The notes under the pieces are model-generated. The model was not told the origin of the DNA and did not search any database. It saw only the letters and a list, made by a program, of their open reading frames with translations. A DNA stretch of 64,000 nt, from the NCBI GenBank assembly GCA_004555535.1, contig SFHU01000001.1, forward strand, positions 10,678 to 74,677. Direction: 5' to 3'. Positions 44,757 to 54,479 of the stretch are shown here, piece by piece. Within the stretch, counting starts at the first letter, position 1, and each line of letters begins with the position of its first letter. This stretch comes from Clostridiales bacterium. Lineage in GTDB: Bacteria; Bacillota; Clostridia; Christensenellales; Aristaeellaceae. The translations under genes and the position numbers were made by a program.

Positions 44757-45517
44757 AGCAGCACCCCTCCCATCATCGACACGACCGTCAGCCCCACATA
44801 GACGCCCAGCGCGACGGCGCCCGCCAGCAGCAGCGCCTCCACCGCGCGCGTCACGCCGGAGATCAAATCGCCATACATCGTGTCGCGCATGGCGGTCGTC
44901 ATCAGCAGGCCCGAGAGCAGCGGCATGATGCCGCCAACGATCGCCGCGTTGACGTCGCCATAGGCAAACAGCGCCGCCAGCAGCTGCGCGAGCACCGCCG
45001 TGATGAAGCCGCCGGCAAAGTTGCCAAACAGCACGCCCATCTCGATGCGCGCAAAGAGCGGCTGCACGGCCTGCACGGCCAGGCCGATCAAAAACGCGAC
45101 GGCGAACGTCCCCGGCCCGCCGCCAAAGAGCAGGCTGAAGGACGCGGAGGTCACGGCGGAGGCGAGCAGCAGCGTCCGCTGCGGCGCGCCCGGCGCCCGG
45201 GCGACCTGCTCCAGCGCGCGTCCGGCCTCCTGCGCGGTCATCCCGCCATGCTCCACGCGCCGGGAGATGTCGTTCGTCCGCTCGATGCGCGTCATGTTCG
45301 TGCCGCGGCGGCTGATGCGCAGGATGCGCGTCTTGCCCTCCGCCTCCACGAAGATCAGCGTCGGCAGCGCCGCGACGCTCACGCCCGTCAGGCGAAAGCC
45401 CGTCGCCATGCGCCGCGCCGTCTCCTCGACGCGATAGGTCTCCGCGCCGTTTTCCAGCATGAGCTGCGCCGCGCTGCACAGCGCGTCAAGCGCGCAGCTC
45501 TGTTCCGCTTCTGTCAT
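44753..45517 (-). CDS. threonine/serine exporter family protein, ThrE N-terminal-type half (DUF1212-like)
   Basis: Trimmed to MTEAEQSCALD. LENGAETYRVEETARRM is the family hallmark. Confidence 0.75.
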   Translation of the reverse strand: MTEAEQSCALDALCSAAQLMLENGAETYRVEETARRMATGFRLTGVSVAALPTLIFVEAEGKTRILRISRRGTNMTRIERTNDISRRVEHGGMTAQEAGRALEQVARAPGAPQRTLLLASAVTSASFSLLFGGGPGTFAVAFLIGLAVQAVQPLFARIEMGVLFGNFAGGFITAVLAQLLAALFAYGDVNAAIVGGIMPLLSGLLMTTAMRDTMYGDLISGVTRAVEALLLAGAVALGVYVGLTVVSMMGGVLL

Positions 45518-45602
45518 AGAAAAACCTCGTTGTTTTTGTCGTATCAGGAAGGGGATCAAACGATGCCATTATAGCAGAAGAGGGAAAAGGGTTCAAGACG
45601 AG

Positions 45603-45634
45603 GAGACGCGCTCCGCTGGGCAAGAGGGATCAGG
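45603..45634 (-). repeat. fragment of the long-form modules (GAGACGCGCTCCGCTGGGCAAGAGGGATCAGG)
   Basis: Matches the reverse complement of 31516..31550. Confidence 0.55.
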
Positions 45635-45640
45635 AAAGAT

Positions 45641-45678
45641 CACAAAACGGCAGGCCCCTCCGCGTGGAGAGGCCTGCC
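45641..45678 (-). terminator. rho-independent terminator after the SDR gene
   Basis: The minus strand reads GGCAGGCCTCTCCacgcGGAGGGGCCTGCC followed by GTTTTGTG. Confidence 0.6.
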
Positions 45679-45699
45679 GCCTGTCTTGCAAAAAGAGGA

Positions 45700-46503
45700 T
45701 TACGGCTGCTTGCCGATGTAGGCGAGGATGCCGCCGTCGACGTAGAGGATATGGCCGTTGACGAAGTTCGACGCGTCGGAGGCGAGGAACACCGCCGGGC
45801 CCTGCAGATCCTCGGGATCGCCCCAGCGCTCGGCCGGCGTCTTGGCGAGGATGAAGGAATCGAACGGATGGCGGCTGCCGTCCGCCTGGCGCTCGCGCAG
45901 CGGCGCGGTCTGCGGGGTCGCGATGTAGCCCGGGCCGATGCCGTTGCACTGGATGTTCGCGCTGCCATACTCGGAGCAGATGTTGCGGGTCAGCATCTTG
46001 AGGCCGCCCTTGGCCGCCGCGTAGGCGGAGACGGTCTCGCGGCCCAGCTCGGACATCATGGAGCAGATGTTGATGATCTTGCCATGGCCCTTCTCGATCA
46101 TGCCCGGGATGCAGGCCTTGGAGACGATGAACGGCGCGTTCAGGTCGACGTCGATGACCTTGCGGAAGTCCTCCGCCTTCATTTCGAGCATCGGAATGCG
46201 CTTGATGATGCCGGCGTTGTTGACCAGGATGTCGATGATGCCGACCTCCTCGCGGATCTTGGCGACGGTCGCCTGCACGGCCTCCTCATTGGTCACGTCG
46301 CAGACGTAGCCATGCGCCTTGATGCCCTTCTCGGCATAGGCGGCCAGGCCCTTGTTGACCAGGTCCTGGTTGATGTCGTTGAAGACGATGGTCGCGCCCG
46401 CCTCGGCAAACGCGGTGGCGATGGCGAAGCCGATGCCGTAGGAAGCGCCGGTGACCAGGGCGATCTTGCCCTCGAGGCTGAACTTGTTGATGAAGCTGTT
46501 CAT
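45700..46503 (-). CDS. SDR oxidoreductase, gluconate 5-dehydrogenase/KduD-like
   Basis: Trimmed to MNSFINKFSLEGKIALVTGASYGIGFAIA (RBS AAGGAGG). NNAG, YAAAKGG. Downstream partner of kduI. Confidence 0.85.
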   Translation of the reverse strand: MNSFINKFSLEGKIALVTGASYGIGFAIATAFAEAGATIVFNDINQDLVNKGLAAYAEKGIKAHGYVCDVTNEEAVQATVAKIREEVGIIDILVNNAGIIKRIPMLEMKAEDFRKVIDVDLNAPFIVSKACIPGMIEKGHGKIINICSMMSELGRETVSAYAAAKGGLKMLTRNICSEYGSANIQCNGIGPGYIATPQTAPLRERQADGSRHPFDSFILAKTPAERWGDPEDLQGPAVFLASDASNFVNGHILYVDGGILAYIGKQP

Positions 46504-46552
46504 GGGAAGCATCCTCCTTGATTGATGTCTGTAATCACATATCGTGTTTTGC

Positions 46553-46790
46553 GGCGAGCAAGCCGCTTGCAGCGAGCACAGAGCCGCTCGTACTATAAAA
46601 CCCGTTCGGAAGCGGGTCAGGCACAGCCCGCCCCAGCCGCTTGCGGCGGGCACAGAGCCTCAAGCACCTGCAACGCCCTTCGGAAGTGGGTGCGGGCACT
46701 GTCCGCCCCAGCCGCTTGCGGCGAGCACAGAGCCTCAAGCACCTGCAACAACCTTCGGAAGTGGGTGCGGGCACTGCCCGCCAGCCCGCC
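46553..46790. repeat. 75-bp tandem repeat, 3 units plus a partial fourth, between kduI and the kduD-like gene
   Basis: Units start at 46553 (diverged), 46628 and 46703: CCGCCCCAGCCGCTTGCGGCG(G/A)GCACAGAGCCTCAAGCACCTGCAAC..CCTTCGGAAGTGGGTGCGGGCACTG. The array ends flush with the kduI stop codon. Confidence 0.9.
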
Positions 46791-47627
46791 TTAGCGCAGG
46801 TCGATGGGGTCGATGTTGTCCATGTCGTCGAATTCCTGGTTCTCGCCGCACATGCCCCAGATGAACGTGTAGTTGCTCGTGCCCACGCCGGTGTGGATCG
46901 ACCAGGACGGGGAGATCACGGCCTGCTCGTTGTGCATGACCAGATGGCGCGTCTCGGTCGGCTCGCCCATCATGTGGAAGACGATGTTGTTGTCCTTGAG
47001 GTCAAAGTAGAAGTAGACCTCCATGCGGCGCTCATGCGTGTGGCAGGGCATGGAATTCCAGTTGCTGCCCGGGGCGAGCTGCGTCATGCCCATGCACAGC
47101 TGGCAGCTCTGCATGACCGCCGGATGGATGTACTGGTTGATGACGCGCTTGTTGCAGGTCTCCACGGAGCCGAGCGGGCGCTTGTTGGCCTTGTCGATGT
47201 CGATCTTGACGGTCGGGTAGGTCTTGTGCGCCGGGCAGGTGTTGATGTAGAACTTCGCCGGATTCTGAGGGTCTTCGCTTGAAAAGCTCAGGGTCTTCGC
47301 GCCCATGCCGACGTAGAGGCCGTCGTACTGCTTGAGATCGTAGACCTCGCCGTCGACGGTGATGCTGCCCTTGCCGCCGATGTTGATGACGCCCATCTCG
47401 CGGCGCTGCAGGAACGTGTCGGAGGCCAGCTCCTTGCAGCCGGTCAGCTCGACGCTCGTCTTCACGGGCATGACGCCGCCCGCGATGATGCGGTCAAAGT
47501 GCGAATAGGTGAGCAGCGCCTCGTCCGGGGCGAACACCGTCTCGATGAGGTATTCGCTGCGAAGGCGGTCTGTGGTATAGTGCTTGGCGTCCGCGGACGC
47601 GGAAGGCTGGCGAACAGTCAATTGCAT
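46791..47627 (-). CDS. kduI: 5-dehydro-4-deoxy-D-glucuronate isomerase
   Basis: 278 aa; [16 protein letters not shown] and [10 protein letters not shown] are KduI cupin motifs. Confidence 0.9.
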   Translation of the reverse strand: MQLTVRQPSASADAKHYTTDRLRSEYLIETVFAPDEALLTYSHFDRIIAGGVMPVKTSVELTGCKELASDTFLQRREMGVINIGGKGSITVDGEVYDLKQYDGLYVGMGAKTLSFSSEDPQNPAKFYINTCPAHKTYPTVKIDIDKANKRPLGSVETCNKRVINQYIHPAVMQSCQLCMGMTQLAPGSNWNSMPCHTHERRMEVYFYFDLKDNNIVFHMMGEPTETRHLVMHNEQAVISPSWSIHTGVGTSNYTFIWGMCGENQEFDDMDNIDPIDLR

Positions 47628-47842
47628 GGGAAAAAACCTCCTCTTTTCGTGTACATGTCAAAGGGTGGTAAACACAGTATAACACATCTTCTGCGGAAAA
47701 ACCATAGATGCGCGCAAAAATGGTCGACGCAGGCGCGGAAAAGTCAGTCAGGTTTGACAAGTGGTCTGACGACGCATGCAGGCCCTGAAAACGGGAAAGC
47801 CTATCCCGGAGCAAAGCAGAAACGCGAAGGGAGGAATCGACT

Positions 47843-49315
47843 TTGTGCGACGACGCGATTGTGCTCTGCGGGCGGCTTTCGCGCGACCTTGACGTGCTGC
47901 GCGCGCGCCTGGGCGCGCCGGGGAACGCCGATGTGCTGATCCGCCGGTTCCGCTCAGGCGCGTTTGAATCCGCCGTCGTGGCCATCGACGGCATGGTCAA
48001 TGTGACGACGGTCGACGAGAATATCCTCAAGCCCTGCATGGACCTGCCCGCGTCCGCCGGGGAGGACGTCGCTGAAGAGGAGCGCGTCGCCTTTCTGATG
48101 GCGCACGCCGTGTCCGTGTTGCCGGTGAAGATGGAGACGCGCGTCGACGCGCTGCTCACGGATGTGCTCAGCGGGCAGACAGCGCTGCTGTGCGAGGGCT
48201 GCGCCGAGGCTGCCATCATGGACACGCGCGGGTTTGACAAGCGCAGCGTCGGCAGGCCGGAGGCGGAAAAGGTCGTCCTCGGGCCGCACGAGAGCTTCAC
48301 GGAGTCCATCCGCACGAACATCACGCTGCTGCGGCGCATCGTGCAGCGCGAGGAGCTGACGACGGAGTTCGTGCAGGCGGGCGGCAGGATGAAGACGCGC
48401 TGCGCGCTGCTGTATCTGCGCGGCACGGCGGACGAGGCGATGATCTCGCGCATCCGGGGGCGGCTGGAGCGCTGCGACTACGACTTCGCGCTGACCAGCG
48501 GCGAGGTCGAGCAGCTCATCGAGGAGCACCCGATGGCGCTCATTCCCCAGTGCGTGCGCACGGAGCGGCCGGACAGGGCCGCCTCGTTCCTGGCGGAGGG
48601 GCAGGTCGTCGTGCTGACGGAGGGCTCCCCCGCCGCGCTGGGCGCGCCCTCGACGATCTTCCACCAGCTGCACACGCCGGACGACAGCTCCATGCGCTGG
48701 CAGTACGGCACGTTTCTGCGGCTCGTGCGGCTGCTGGGCGTGATGATCCATCTGTTCCTGCCGGGGATGTATCTGGCTGTCCTGCGGTTTCATCAGGAGC
48801 TGCTCTCGCCCATGCTGCTGACCAGCGTGTATGAGACGAGCTCGCGCGTGCCGACGCCGGCATACCTGGAGGCGCTGCTGATGACGCTCGCGTTCGACCT
48901 GATCAGCGAGGCGGGGCTGCGCGCGCCGGGCGAGATGGGCAACGCGCTGGGCATCGTCTCGGGCCTGATCCTCGGGCAGAGCGCCGTCAGCGCCGATATC
49001 GTCAGCCCGCTGCTGCTCATCGTCGTGGCGGCCAGCGGCCTGGGCGGCTTCTGCGTGCCCAATTACGCGCTCTCCGTCGGGCTCAAGCTCGTGCAGCTGA
49101 TCCTGCTGACCGCCGGGGCCGCGGGCGGGCTCTACCTCATGGCCATCGTCACGCTTTCGCTGCTGTGCGCCGCCTGCGCGATGAATTCCATCGGCTCGCC
49201 GCTGACCGCGCCGCTCACGCCGCACAGGCGGCATTCGCCGGATCTCCTGCTGCGCCTGCCGCTCAGGTTCCAGAAAGCGAGGGCTTTTTTTGCCGGACAC
49301 AACGAAGACGGATGA
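47843..49315 (+). CDS. spore germination protein, GerA (A-subunit) family
   Basis: TTG start after GGGAGGA. DVLIRRF....AVVAIDGMV, and the GerA-type C-terminal membrane region PTPAYLEALLMTLAFDLISEAGLRAP. Confidence 0.85.
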   Translation: MCDDAIVLCGRLSRDLDVLRARLGAPGNADVLIRRFRSGAFESAVVAIDGMVNVTTVDENILKPCMDLPASAGEDVAEEERVAFLMAHAVSVLPVKMETRVDALLTDVLSGQTALLCEGCAEAAIMDTRGFDKRSVGRPEAEKVVLGPHESFTESIRTNITLLRRIVQREELTTEFVQAGGRMKTRCALLYLRGTADEAMISRIRGRLERCDYDFALTSGEVEQLIEEHPMALIPQCVRTERPDRAASFLAEGQVVVLTEGSPAALGAPSTIFHQLHTPDDSSMRWQYGTFLRLVRLLGVMIHLFLPGMYLAVLRFHQELLSPMLLTSVYETSSRVPTPAYLEALLMTLAFDLISEAGLRAPGEMGNALGIVSGLILGQSAVSADIVSPLLLIVVAASGLGGFCVPNYALSVGLKLVQLILLTAGAAGGLYLMAIVTLSLLCAACAMNSIGSPLTAPLTPHRRHSPDLLLRLPLRFQKARAFFAGHNEDG

Positions 49316-50372
49316 CGTCACGGCGCGCCGGGTGCGCGCCTCCCTGCGCGCGCGCGCCTGCGCCGCCGCCACCGCGACCGGCGCGATGGTCTTCGCCATG
49401 GGCACGGGGCTGCTCCTGCCGCTCGCGCTCAACGCCGCATGGCTGGCGGCGCTGCCCGGCGCGGCGCTCTCGATGCTCCTCGCGGCGCGCGCCCCGCAGG
49501 CGCTGCGCACCCATGCGCAGCAGGCAGAGGAAAAACGCCCCGCGGGAAGGATCCCCGCCGCGCTGCTCGCGCTGACCATGCTTTTTGGCTGCGTGCTGCT
49601 GCTCGCGGCGCTCGCCTCGCTGGCCCAGCAGTCGCTGCTGCCCCAGGCGCAGACGTCCTTTGCGATGGTCTGCTCGCTGCTGGGCGCGGGCCTGTGCGCG
49701 CTCAGCGGCGGCGCGGGGGTCTGCCGCCTCGCCTTCGCGCTGCGCTGGGCGCTGCCGCTGCTGCTGCTCGCGCTGGCGGCGGGGCCGGTCAGCACGCAGC
49801 CGGTCAGCGGGCTCTTCCCGCTGCTGGGCATGGGCACGGGGCCGCTGCTGCTGGGCGCGCTGTGCGGCCTGAGCGCTGCCGCGCCCGCGCTGATGCTGCT
49901 GCTGCCCCCGCCGGAGCTGACGCAGGAGCAGCTGGCGGCCTGCCCGCCGCCGAAAGCGGGCTTCTTCGCGCGGCGCGTCGCCTGCGGCGCGCTGCTGGGC
50001 ACGGCTATGCTGCTGGCGCTGTCGCTGTGCGCCCCCTATGAGACGCTTCGGGGGCTGAGCGTCTGGGGCGCGCGGATGCGCCTCATCTGCGCCGGCGCGC
50101 CGGGCGGCGGGCTGTCGCGCACGGCGCTCGTGCTCACGCAGACGGCGGCGCTGCTCGTGGGCGCGGGCGCGCTTTTAAGCGCCAGCGCACAGGCGCTGGA
50201 ATGCGCCCTGCCCGCGCTGCGGGAAAGGCATGCCGCATTGGGCGCAGGCTTTGCCCTCTGCGCGCTGGCGCTCTGGGGGCTGGCATGCTTTGGCCTGCGG
50301 CCGCTGTTCGCCGCCGCGCCGTTTCTGATCGTTCCGGCGACTATCGCCGCAATGGGAATAGGAAAACATTGA
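49290..50372 (+). CDS. polytopic membrane protein in the GerAB (germinant permease) position
   Basis: 360-aa Ala/Leu-rich ORF with about 10 TM, overlapping the gerAA end and preceding gerAC. Call rests mainly on operon position; start (TTG 49290) is uncertain. Confidence 0.55.
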   Translation: MPDTTKTDDVTARRVRASLRARACAAATATGAMVFAMGTGLLLPLALNAAWLAALPGAALSMLLAARAPQALRTHAQQAEEKRPAGRIPAALLALTMLFGCVLLLAALASLAQQSLLPQAQTSFAMVCSLLGAGLCALSGGAGVCRLAFALRWALPLLLLALAAGPVSTQPVSGLFPLLGMGTGPLLLGALCGLSAAAPALMLLLPPPELTQEQLAACPPPKAGFFARRVACGALLGTAMLLALSLCAPYETLRGLSVWGARMRLICAGAPGGGLSRTALVLTQTAALLVGAGALLSASAQALECALPALRERHAALGAGFALCALALWGLACFGLRPLFAAAPFLIVPATIAAMGIGKH

Positions 50373-50376
50373 ATCA

Positions 50377-50525
50377 CCGCGCGAAGCGAAAAAGGGTCAA
50401 GGGGCTAAGCCCCTTGCGGGGTCTGGGGCGGCGCCCCAGGCGGGTTTCAGGGCAGCAGCCCTGATCATTCCAAGAAAACGCAGTCTCAGAGCAGGCCGCC
50501 GTGCGGCCTACGATTGAGACGGGTT
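50377..50525 (-). repeat. interspersed modular repeat, short form (core 50477..50525), between gerAB and gerAC
   Basis: CGCGCGAAGCGAAAAAGGGTCAAGGGGCTAAGCCCCTTG, GGGGCGGCGCCCC, CAGGGCAGCAGCCCTG, spacer, then AACGCAGTCTCAGAGCAGGCCGCCGTGCGGCCTACGATTGAGACGGGTT. Confidence 0.85.
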
Positions 50526-50628
50526 CGAGTCCGCAAAGCATAAATTCAAGCAAAACAAAAACCCGGTTGTCCATGAGCCTGACAGTGGATTCCAACCAGA
50601 TTGTAAAGACAAGAGGTCAAACCAGCCC

Positions 50629-51822
50629 ATGAAAAGACCATCCCTTTTTCTCATCCTGCTGTTCCTGCCGCTGCTGCTTGGCGGCTGCTCCGGCGGGCAG
50701 GAGATCGAGAGCTGTCTGTTCGTGATCGCGATGGCGGTCGACCCGGCGCAGGACGGCAACCTGACCGTGACGGTCAAGGCGCTCTCCGGCTCGCAGGACG
50801 CCGCGACCGGCGGCGCGCAGAGCGAGGAGGACGCGGGCGGCGAGGAAAAGACGCCATCCTCCGGACAGAGCGAGGACGCCGAGCAGACCGAGCCGGGCTA
50901 TGTCGTGCTCAGCGCGACCGCGCCCAGCTGCCTGCGCGCGCTCAACCTGCTCAGCGCGACGACCCCGCGCACCGTCAACCTCTCCCAGCTCCAGGAGATA
51001 GTCCTGAGCGAGACGCTGGCCAGAACGGAGGCGACGCTCTCCATCCTCCGGGAGATCCACGCGATGTACCGGGCCAACGGCGAGGCCATCGTCGTCGTCA
51101 CGCCGGACGACGCGGGCGACTTCATCCGCCGCCAGCACGCGCTGCTGGGCGTGCGCCTGTCCAAATATTTGAAGGTGCTCTTTGAGAACTTCTCCCGGAT
51201 CGACACCATCCCGCCAAACGCGCAGCTCTCCGCCGTCATCGCCGCGATGGAATCCGGCGTCTGCGACGCGGCGGCCGTCTACGCCGCCGGGAACGACTTC
51301 TCCGCCACGCTCGTCCTCCCCGGCGCGGAGGAGACGGACCGCCTGCCCGGCCACCTGCCGCGCACCTCGCCCGCGCAGAACGAATACCTCGGCAGCGCGC
51401 TGTTCTCCGGCCCCAGGATGACCGGCACGCTCACCGGCAGCGAGACGTCGCTGCTCTGCCTGCTGATGGGCCGCGCGCACTCGCGCACCATCGTCGTGGG
51501 CGGCGCGCAGTACCGCGTGAACGTCAACGCCAGCGCGCGGCGGACGATCGCGCAGGACGGCACGCTTTGCGCGCGCGTGCGCATCAGCCTGTCGCTTCTG
51601 GCAGGCGGGGAGGCGCAGACGCAGGGCGAGCTGGCCGCGGACATCGAGCAGCGCGCCGTCAACCTCATGCAGAAGCTGCAGACGCTTGCCTGCGACGCGC
51701 TGGGCTTCGGGTGCATCGCCGTGCGCGGGAGCCTTTCCATTCCCGCCTGGGAAAGGCGGAACTGGCCTGCGGAGTACGCGGGCGCGGCGGTGCGCGCGAG
51801 CGTGTTTTTGAGAATTGTCTAA
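50629..51822 (+). CDS. Ger(x)C family germination lipoprotein
   Basis: Lipobox LLLGGCSGGQEIE followed by FVIAMAVD, the typical GerAC N-terminus. Confidence 0.8.
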   Translation: MKRPSLFLILLFLPLLLGGCSGGQEIESCLFVIAMAVDPAQDGNLTVTVKALSGSQDAATGGAQSEEDAGGEEKTPSSGQSEDAEQTEPGYVVLSATAPSCLRALNLLSATTPRTVNLSQLQEIVLSETLARTEATLSILREIHAMYRANGEAIVVVTPDDAGDFIRRQHALLGVRLSKYLKVLFENFSRIDTIPPNAQLSAVIAAMESGVCDAAAVYAAGNDFSATLVLPGAEETDRLPGHLPRTSPAQNEYLGSALFSGPRMTGTLTGSETSLLCLLMGRAHSRTIVVGGAQYRVNVNASARRTIAQDGTLCARVRISLSLLAGGEAQTQGELAADIEQRAVNLMQKLQTLACDALGFGCIAVRGSLSIPAWERRNWPAEYAGAAVRASVFLRIV

Positions 51823-51854
51823 AGCATTCTGAACGCAACTCTCATTTAGGGGGG

Positions 51855-51874
51855 ACGCGCTCCGCTGGGCAAGG
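51855..51874 (-). repeat. fragment of the long-form module GACGCGCTCCGCTGGGCAAGG
   Basis: Same motif as 45603 and 27710. Confidence 0.45.
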
Positions 51875-51973
51875 CCAGCCGCCGCAGCGGGTCATCCAAA
51901 CCTGCTTTTCATTTGCTCCAAAAGATGCTATACTGAAAAGCGCCCGGGATGACCCGCGCAGGAGGTTGCTTCG

Positions 51974-52546
51974 ATGCTCATCGACGTATACGACTTTGAC
52001 GGAACGATTTACGACGGCGATTCGACGGTCGATTTCACGCTCTACTGTCTGCGCCGCCACCCCGGCGCGATTGCGGCGCTGCCGCGCGTGCTGGCAGCGG
52101 CTGTTCGCGTCGCGATGAAGAAGGGCACGCTGACGCAGTTCAAGACCGTGCTCTTTGGCGAGATGGCCAGGCGCTTTTCGCTGACGCAGGAGGCAGAGCG
52201 CTTCTGGCAGGAGGAGGCGACGCGCAAAAAGCTCGGCGCGTGGTTTGAAAGCACGCCGCGCGACATCCCCATCGTCATCGCCTCCGCGTCGCCGGAATTC
52301 GAGCTGCGCCACGCGGCGAAGCTGCTGGGCGGCTATACGCTCATCGGTACGCGCTGCGACGAGGCCACCGGCGCGCTGACCGGCAAAAACTGCAAGGGCG
52401 AGGAAAAGCTGCGGCGCATCCGCGAGGCCATCGGCGAATTCACCGTCCGCGCGATGTACACGGACGACGCGAAGGCCGACGCCCCGCTGCTTGAGGCCGC
52501 GCAGGAGCAATACATCGTCACGCACGGCAGCGTCCGCCGGGTATAG
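51974..52546 (+). CDS. HAD-IB family hydrolase
   Basis: VYDFDGTIYDGDS (DxDGT motif), ASASP, CKGEEK, YTDDAKAD. RBS AGGAGG. Confidence 0.8.
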   Translation: MLIDVYDFDGTIYDGDSTVDFTLYCLRRHPGAIAALPRVLAAAVRVAMKKGTLTQFKTVLFGEMARRFSLTQEAERFWQEEATRKKLGAWFESTPRDIPIVIASASPEFELRHAAKLLGGYTLIGTRCDEATGALTGKNCKGEEKLRRIREAIGEFTVRAMYTDDAKADAPLLEAAQEQYIVTHGSVRRV

Positions 52547-52597
52547 AGCGGCGCTGCAGCAGGATATTCAACCAACGAGAGAAAGGAAGAACCCAGG

Positions 52598-53488
52598 ATG
52601 AAGAAGATGCAGGGAATGGGCGGCTTTTTCGTCGCCGCGGTCACGCCGTTTGACAGCGAGGGTCGCTTCAATCCCGACGCGCTGCACAGGATCATGGACA
52701 GGACCATCGCGCAGGGCGCGGCGGGCTTCCTGATCGGCGGCAGCAGCGCCGAATGTCCGATGCTCAGCCATGAGGAGCGCGTGCAGGGCCTCGAGGCCGC
52801 GGCGGCCTACGCCGGGCGGCAGGGCACGAAGCTCATCGCCTCCGTCGCCTCCATCTCCACGCAGGAGGCGCTTGAGTACGCGAAGGCCGCGAAGGCGCTC
52901 GGTTATGACGCGATGATCTCGACCGTGCCGTACTACTACAAGTTCGGCATGAAGAACATCGTGCGCTATTTTGCCGCGCTGCGGGAGGCGGTCGATCTGC
53001 CGCTGTTTCTGTACAACTTCCCGGGCAACACGGGCGTGGAGATCGACATCTATGACCCGGACATCCGCGCGATGCTGACCGACGGCACGATTGCCGGCGT
53101 CAAGCAGACGAGCCTCAACCTGCACCAGATGGAGCGCATCCACAGTCTCAATCCGGAGCTGGTGATCTACGGCGGCTTTGACGAGGTCTACATCGGCGCG
53201 CGGATGCTGGGCGCGGACGGCGCCATCGGCTCGACCTTCAACTTCACGCTGCCGCTGTTCACGAAGATCGAGGCGGCCTATGCCGCGCACGACATCCCGC
53301 TGGCGCAGGCGCTGCAGCGCCGGGCCAACGACATCATGGAGGCGCTGGTGTCCTGCTCGCTGTTCCCGTCGATCAAGCACATCATGAAGGTGCAGGGCAT
53401 CGACTGCGGCATCTGCCGCGCGCCGTTCCCGACGCTGACGGATGAGCAGAAGGCCTATATCGAGCGCGTCGTGGCCGAGAATCTGTGA
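52598..53488 (+). CDS. DapA/NanA-family class I aldolase (N-acetylneuraminate lyase-like)
   Basis: VAAVTPF, GGSSAE, VPYYYKF, IAGVKQTS (Schiff-base Lys context). Confidence 0.75.
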   Translation: MKKMQGMGGFFVAAVTPFDSEGRFNPDALHRIMDRTIAQGAAGFLIGGSSAECPMLSHEERVQGLEAAAAYAGRQGTKLIASVASISTQEALEYAKAAKALGYDAMISTVPYYYKFGMKNIVRYFAALREAVDLPLFLYNFPGNTGVEIDIYDPDIRAMLTDGTIAGVKQTSLNLHQMERIHSLNPELVIYGGFDEVYIGARMLGADGAIGSTFNFTLPLFTKIEAAYAAHDIPLAQALQRRANDIMEALVSCSLFPSIKHIMKVQGIDCGICRAPFPTLTDEQKAYIERVVAENL

Positions 53489-53515
53489 GCCGTGGCCTTA
53501 GGCTGCTAAAAAACA

Positions 53516-53556
53516 AGAGGGATCAAAGGACGATGTCCCCTGATCCCTCTTTTTCT
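53516..53556. terminator. bidirectional terminator between the convergent nanA-like and metQ genes
   Basis: AGAGGGATCA...TGATCCCTCT with an A-run before and a T-run after. Confidence 0.7.
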
Positions 53557-53585
53557 TTTGCTGTTCTTTTGCTGTTCTTTTGCTG
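53555..53585. repeat. 11-bp tandem repeat (CTTTTGCTGTT) about 2.8 units
   Basis: Seen directly next to the bidirectional terminator. Confidence 0.7.
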
Positions 53586-53592
53586 AAAGCAC

Positions 53593-54399
53593 TTACTCCC
53601 ACGCCGGGATATACACGCCCTTATAGACCGTATCGAACAGCGCGCGGACCTCATCGGAGTGATAGACCTCCGCGATGCGGGCAAAGGTCGGATCGTCGGC
53701 GCGGTCGGCGCGCGCGGCGATGACGTTGATGATGCCGTGCATGTCGGGGTTATTCGGGTCATACTGCTCCATGTAGAGCGCCTGATCGTTGGTCAGGCCC
53801 GCGTCCTTGGCGTGCGTGCCGTTGAGGAACGCGATGGCGATGGACGGGTCGCTCATGGCGGAGGCGGTCAGCGCGGCCTCCATCTCGTTGAAGACGAGGT
53901 GCTTCGGGTTCTCCGCGATGTCCGCGACGGTCGCCAGGTCGGTGATGTCGTCCTTGAGCTTGATCAGGCCGGTCGCCTCGAGCATGCGCAGCGCGCGCGC
54001 CTCGTTGACGACGTCGTTCATGATCGCGATGCCGTCGCCGTCCTTGACCTCATCCAGCGAGGTGTACTTCTGGGAGTAGATGCACAGCGGCGCGATCAGC
54101 GTGTCGCAGACGGCGACCAGCTCGACGCCGTGCTCCTTGCTCCAGTTGTTCATGAAGTTGTAGTGCTGGAAGGCGTTCAGGTCGACGTCGCCGTTGGCCA
54201 GCGCCTCGTTGGGAATGATGTAGTCGGAGAACTTGACCAGCTCGATGTCGATGCCCTCCTTGGCGAGGGTCGGGATGATGACCTGCTCCCACTGCTCGTT
54301 GTTCTCGCCGACGACGCCGACCTTCACGGTCTCGGCCAGCGCCAGCGCACAGGAAAGGCACAGCACAGCGGCCAGCGCCAGGGAAAGAAGCTTCTTCAT
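53593..54399 (-). CDS. metQ: methionine ABC transporter substrate-binding lipoprotein (MetQ/NlpA)
   Basis: Trimmed to MKKLLSLALAAVLCLSC (RBS AAAGGAGG). DVDLNAFQH. Confidence 0.85.
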   Translation of the reverse strand: MKKLLSLALAAVLCLSCALALAETVKVGVVGENNEQWEQVIIPTLAKEGIDIELVKFSDYIIPNEALANGDVDLNAFQHYNFMNNWSKEHGVELVAVCDTLIAPLCIYSQKYTSLDEVKDGDGIAIMNDVVNEARALRMLEATGLIKLKDDITDLATVADIAENPKHLVFNEMEAALTASAMSDPSIAIAFLNGTHAKDAGLTNDQALYMEQYDPNNPDMHGIINVIAARADRADDPTFARIAEVYHSDEVRALFDTVYKGVYIPAWE

Positions 54400-54479
54400 A
54401 TTTGTTTTCCTCCTTTTGTTCGGGGCGATTGCCCATTCAGGAACGCGCACAGGCGCGATACACTGCAGGAAATGCTTTG

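Noticed and set aside
46553-46790. Possible CRISPR array (regular 75-bp periodicity).
   Set aside because: The units are directly abutting tandem copies with no unique spacers, and no cas genes are nearby. The 24-bp array at 13957..14280 is coding.
50515-50540. GGGTTCGAGTCCGC, resembling a tRNA T-arm.
   Set aside because: It is formed by the end of a repeat core (GAGACGGGTT) plus flanking bases. No acceptor, D or anticodon arms can be drawn. I saw no other tRNA-like or rRNA-like sequence in the window, though I cannot run tRNAscan.
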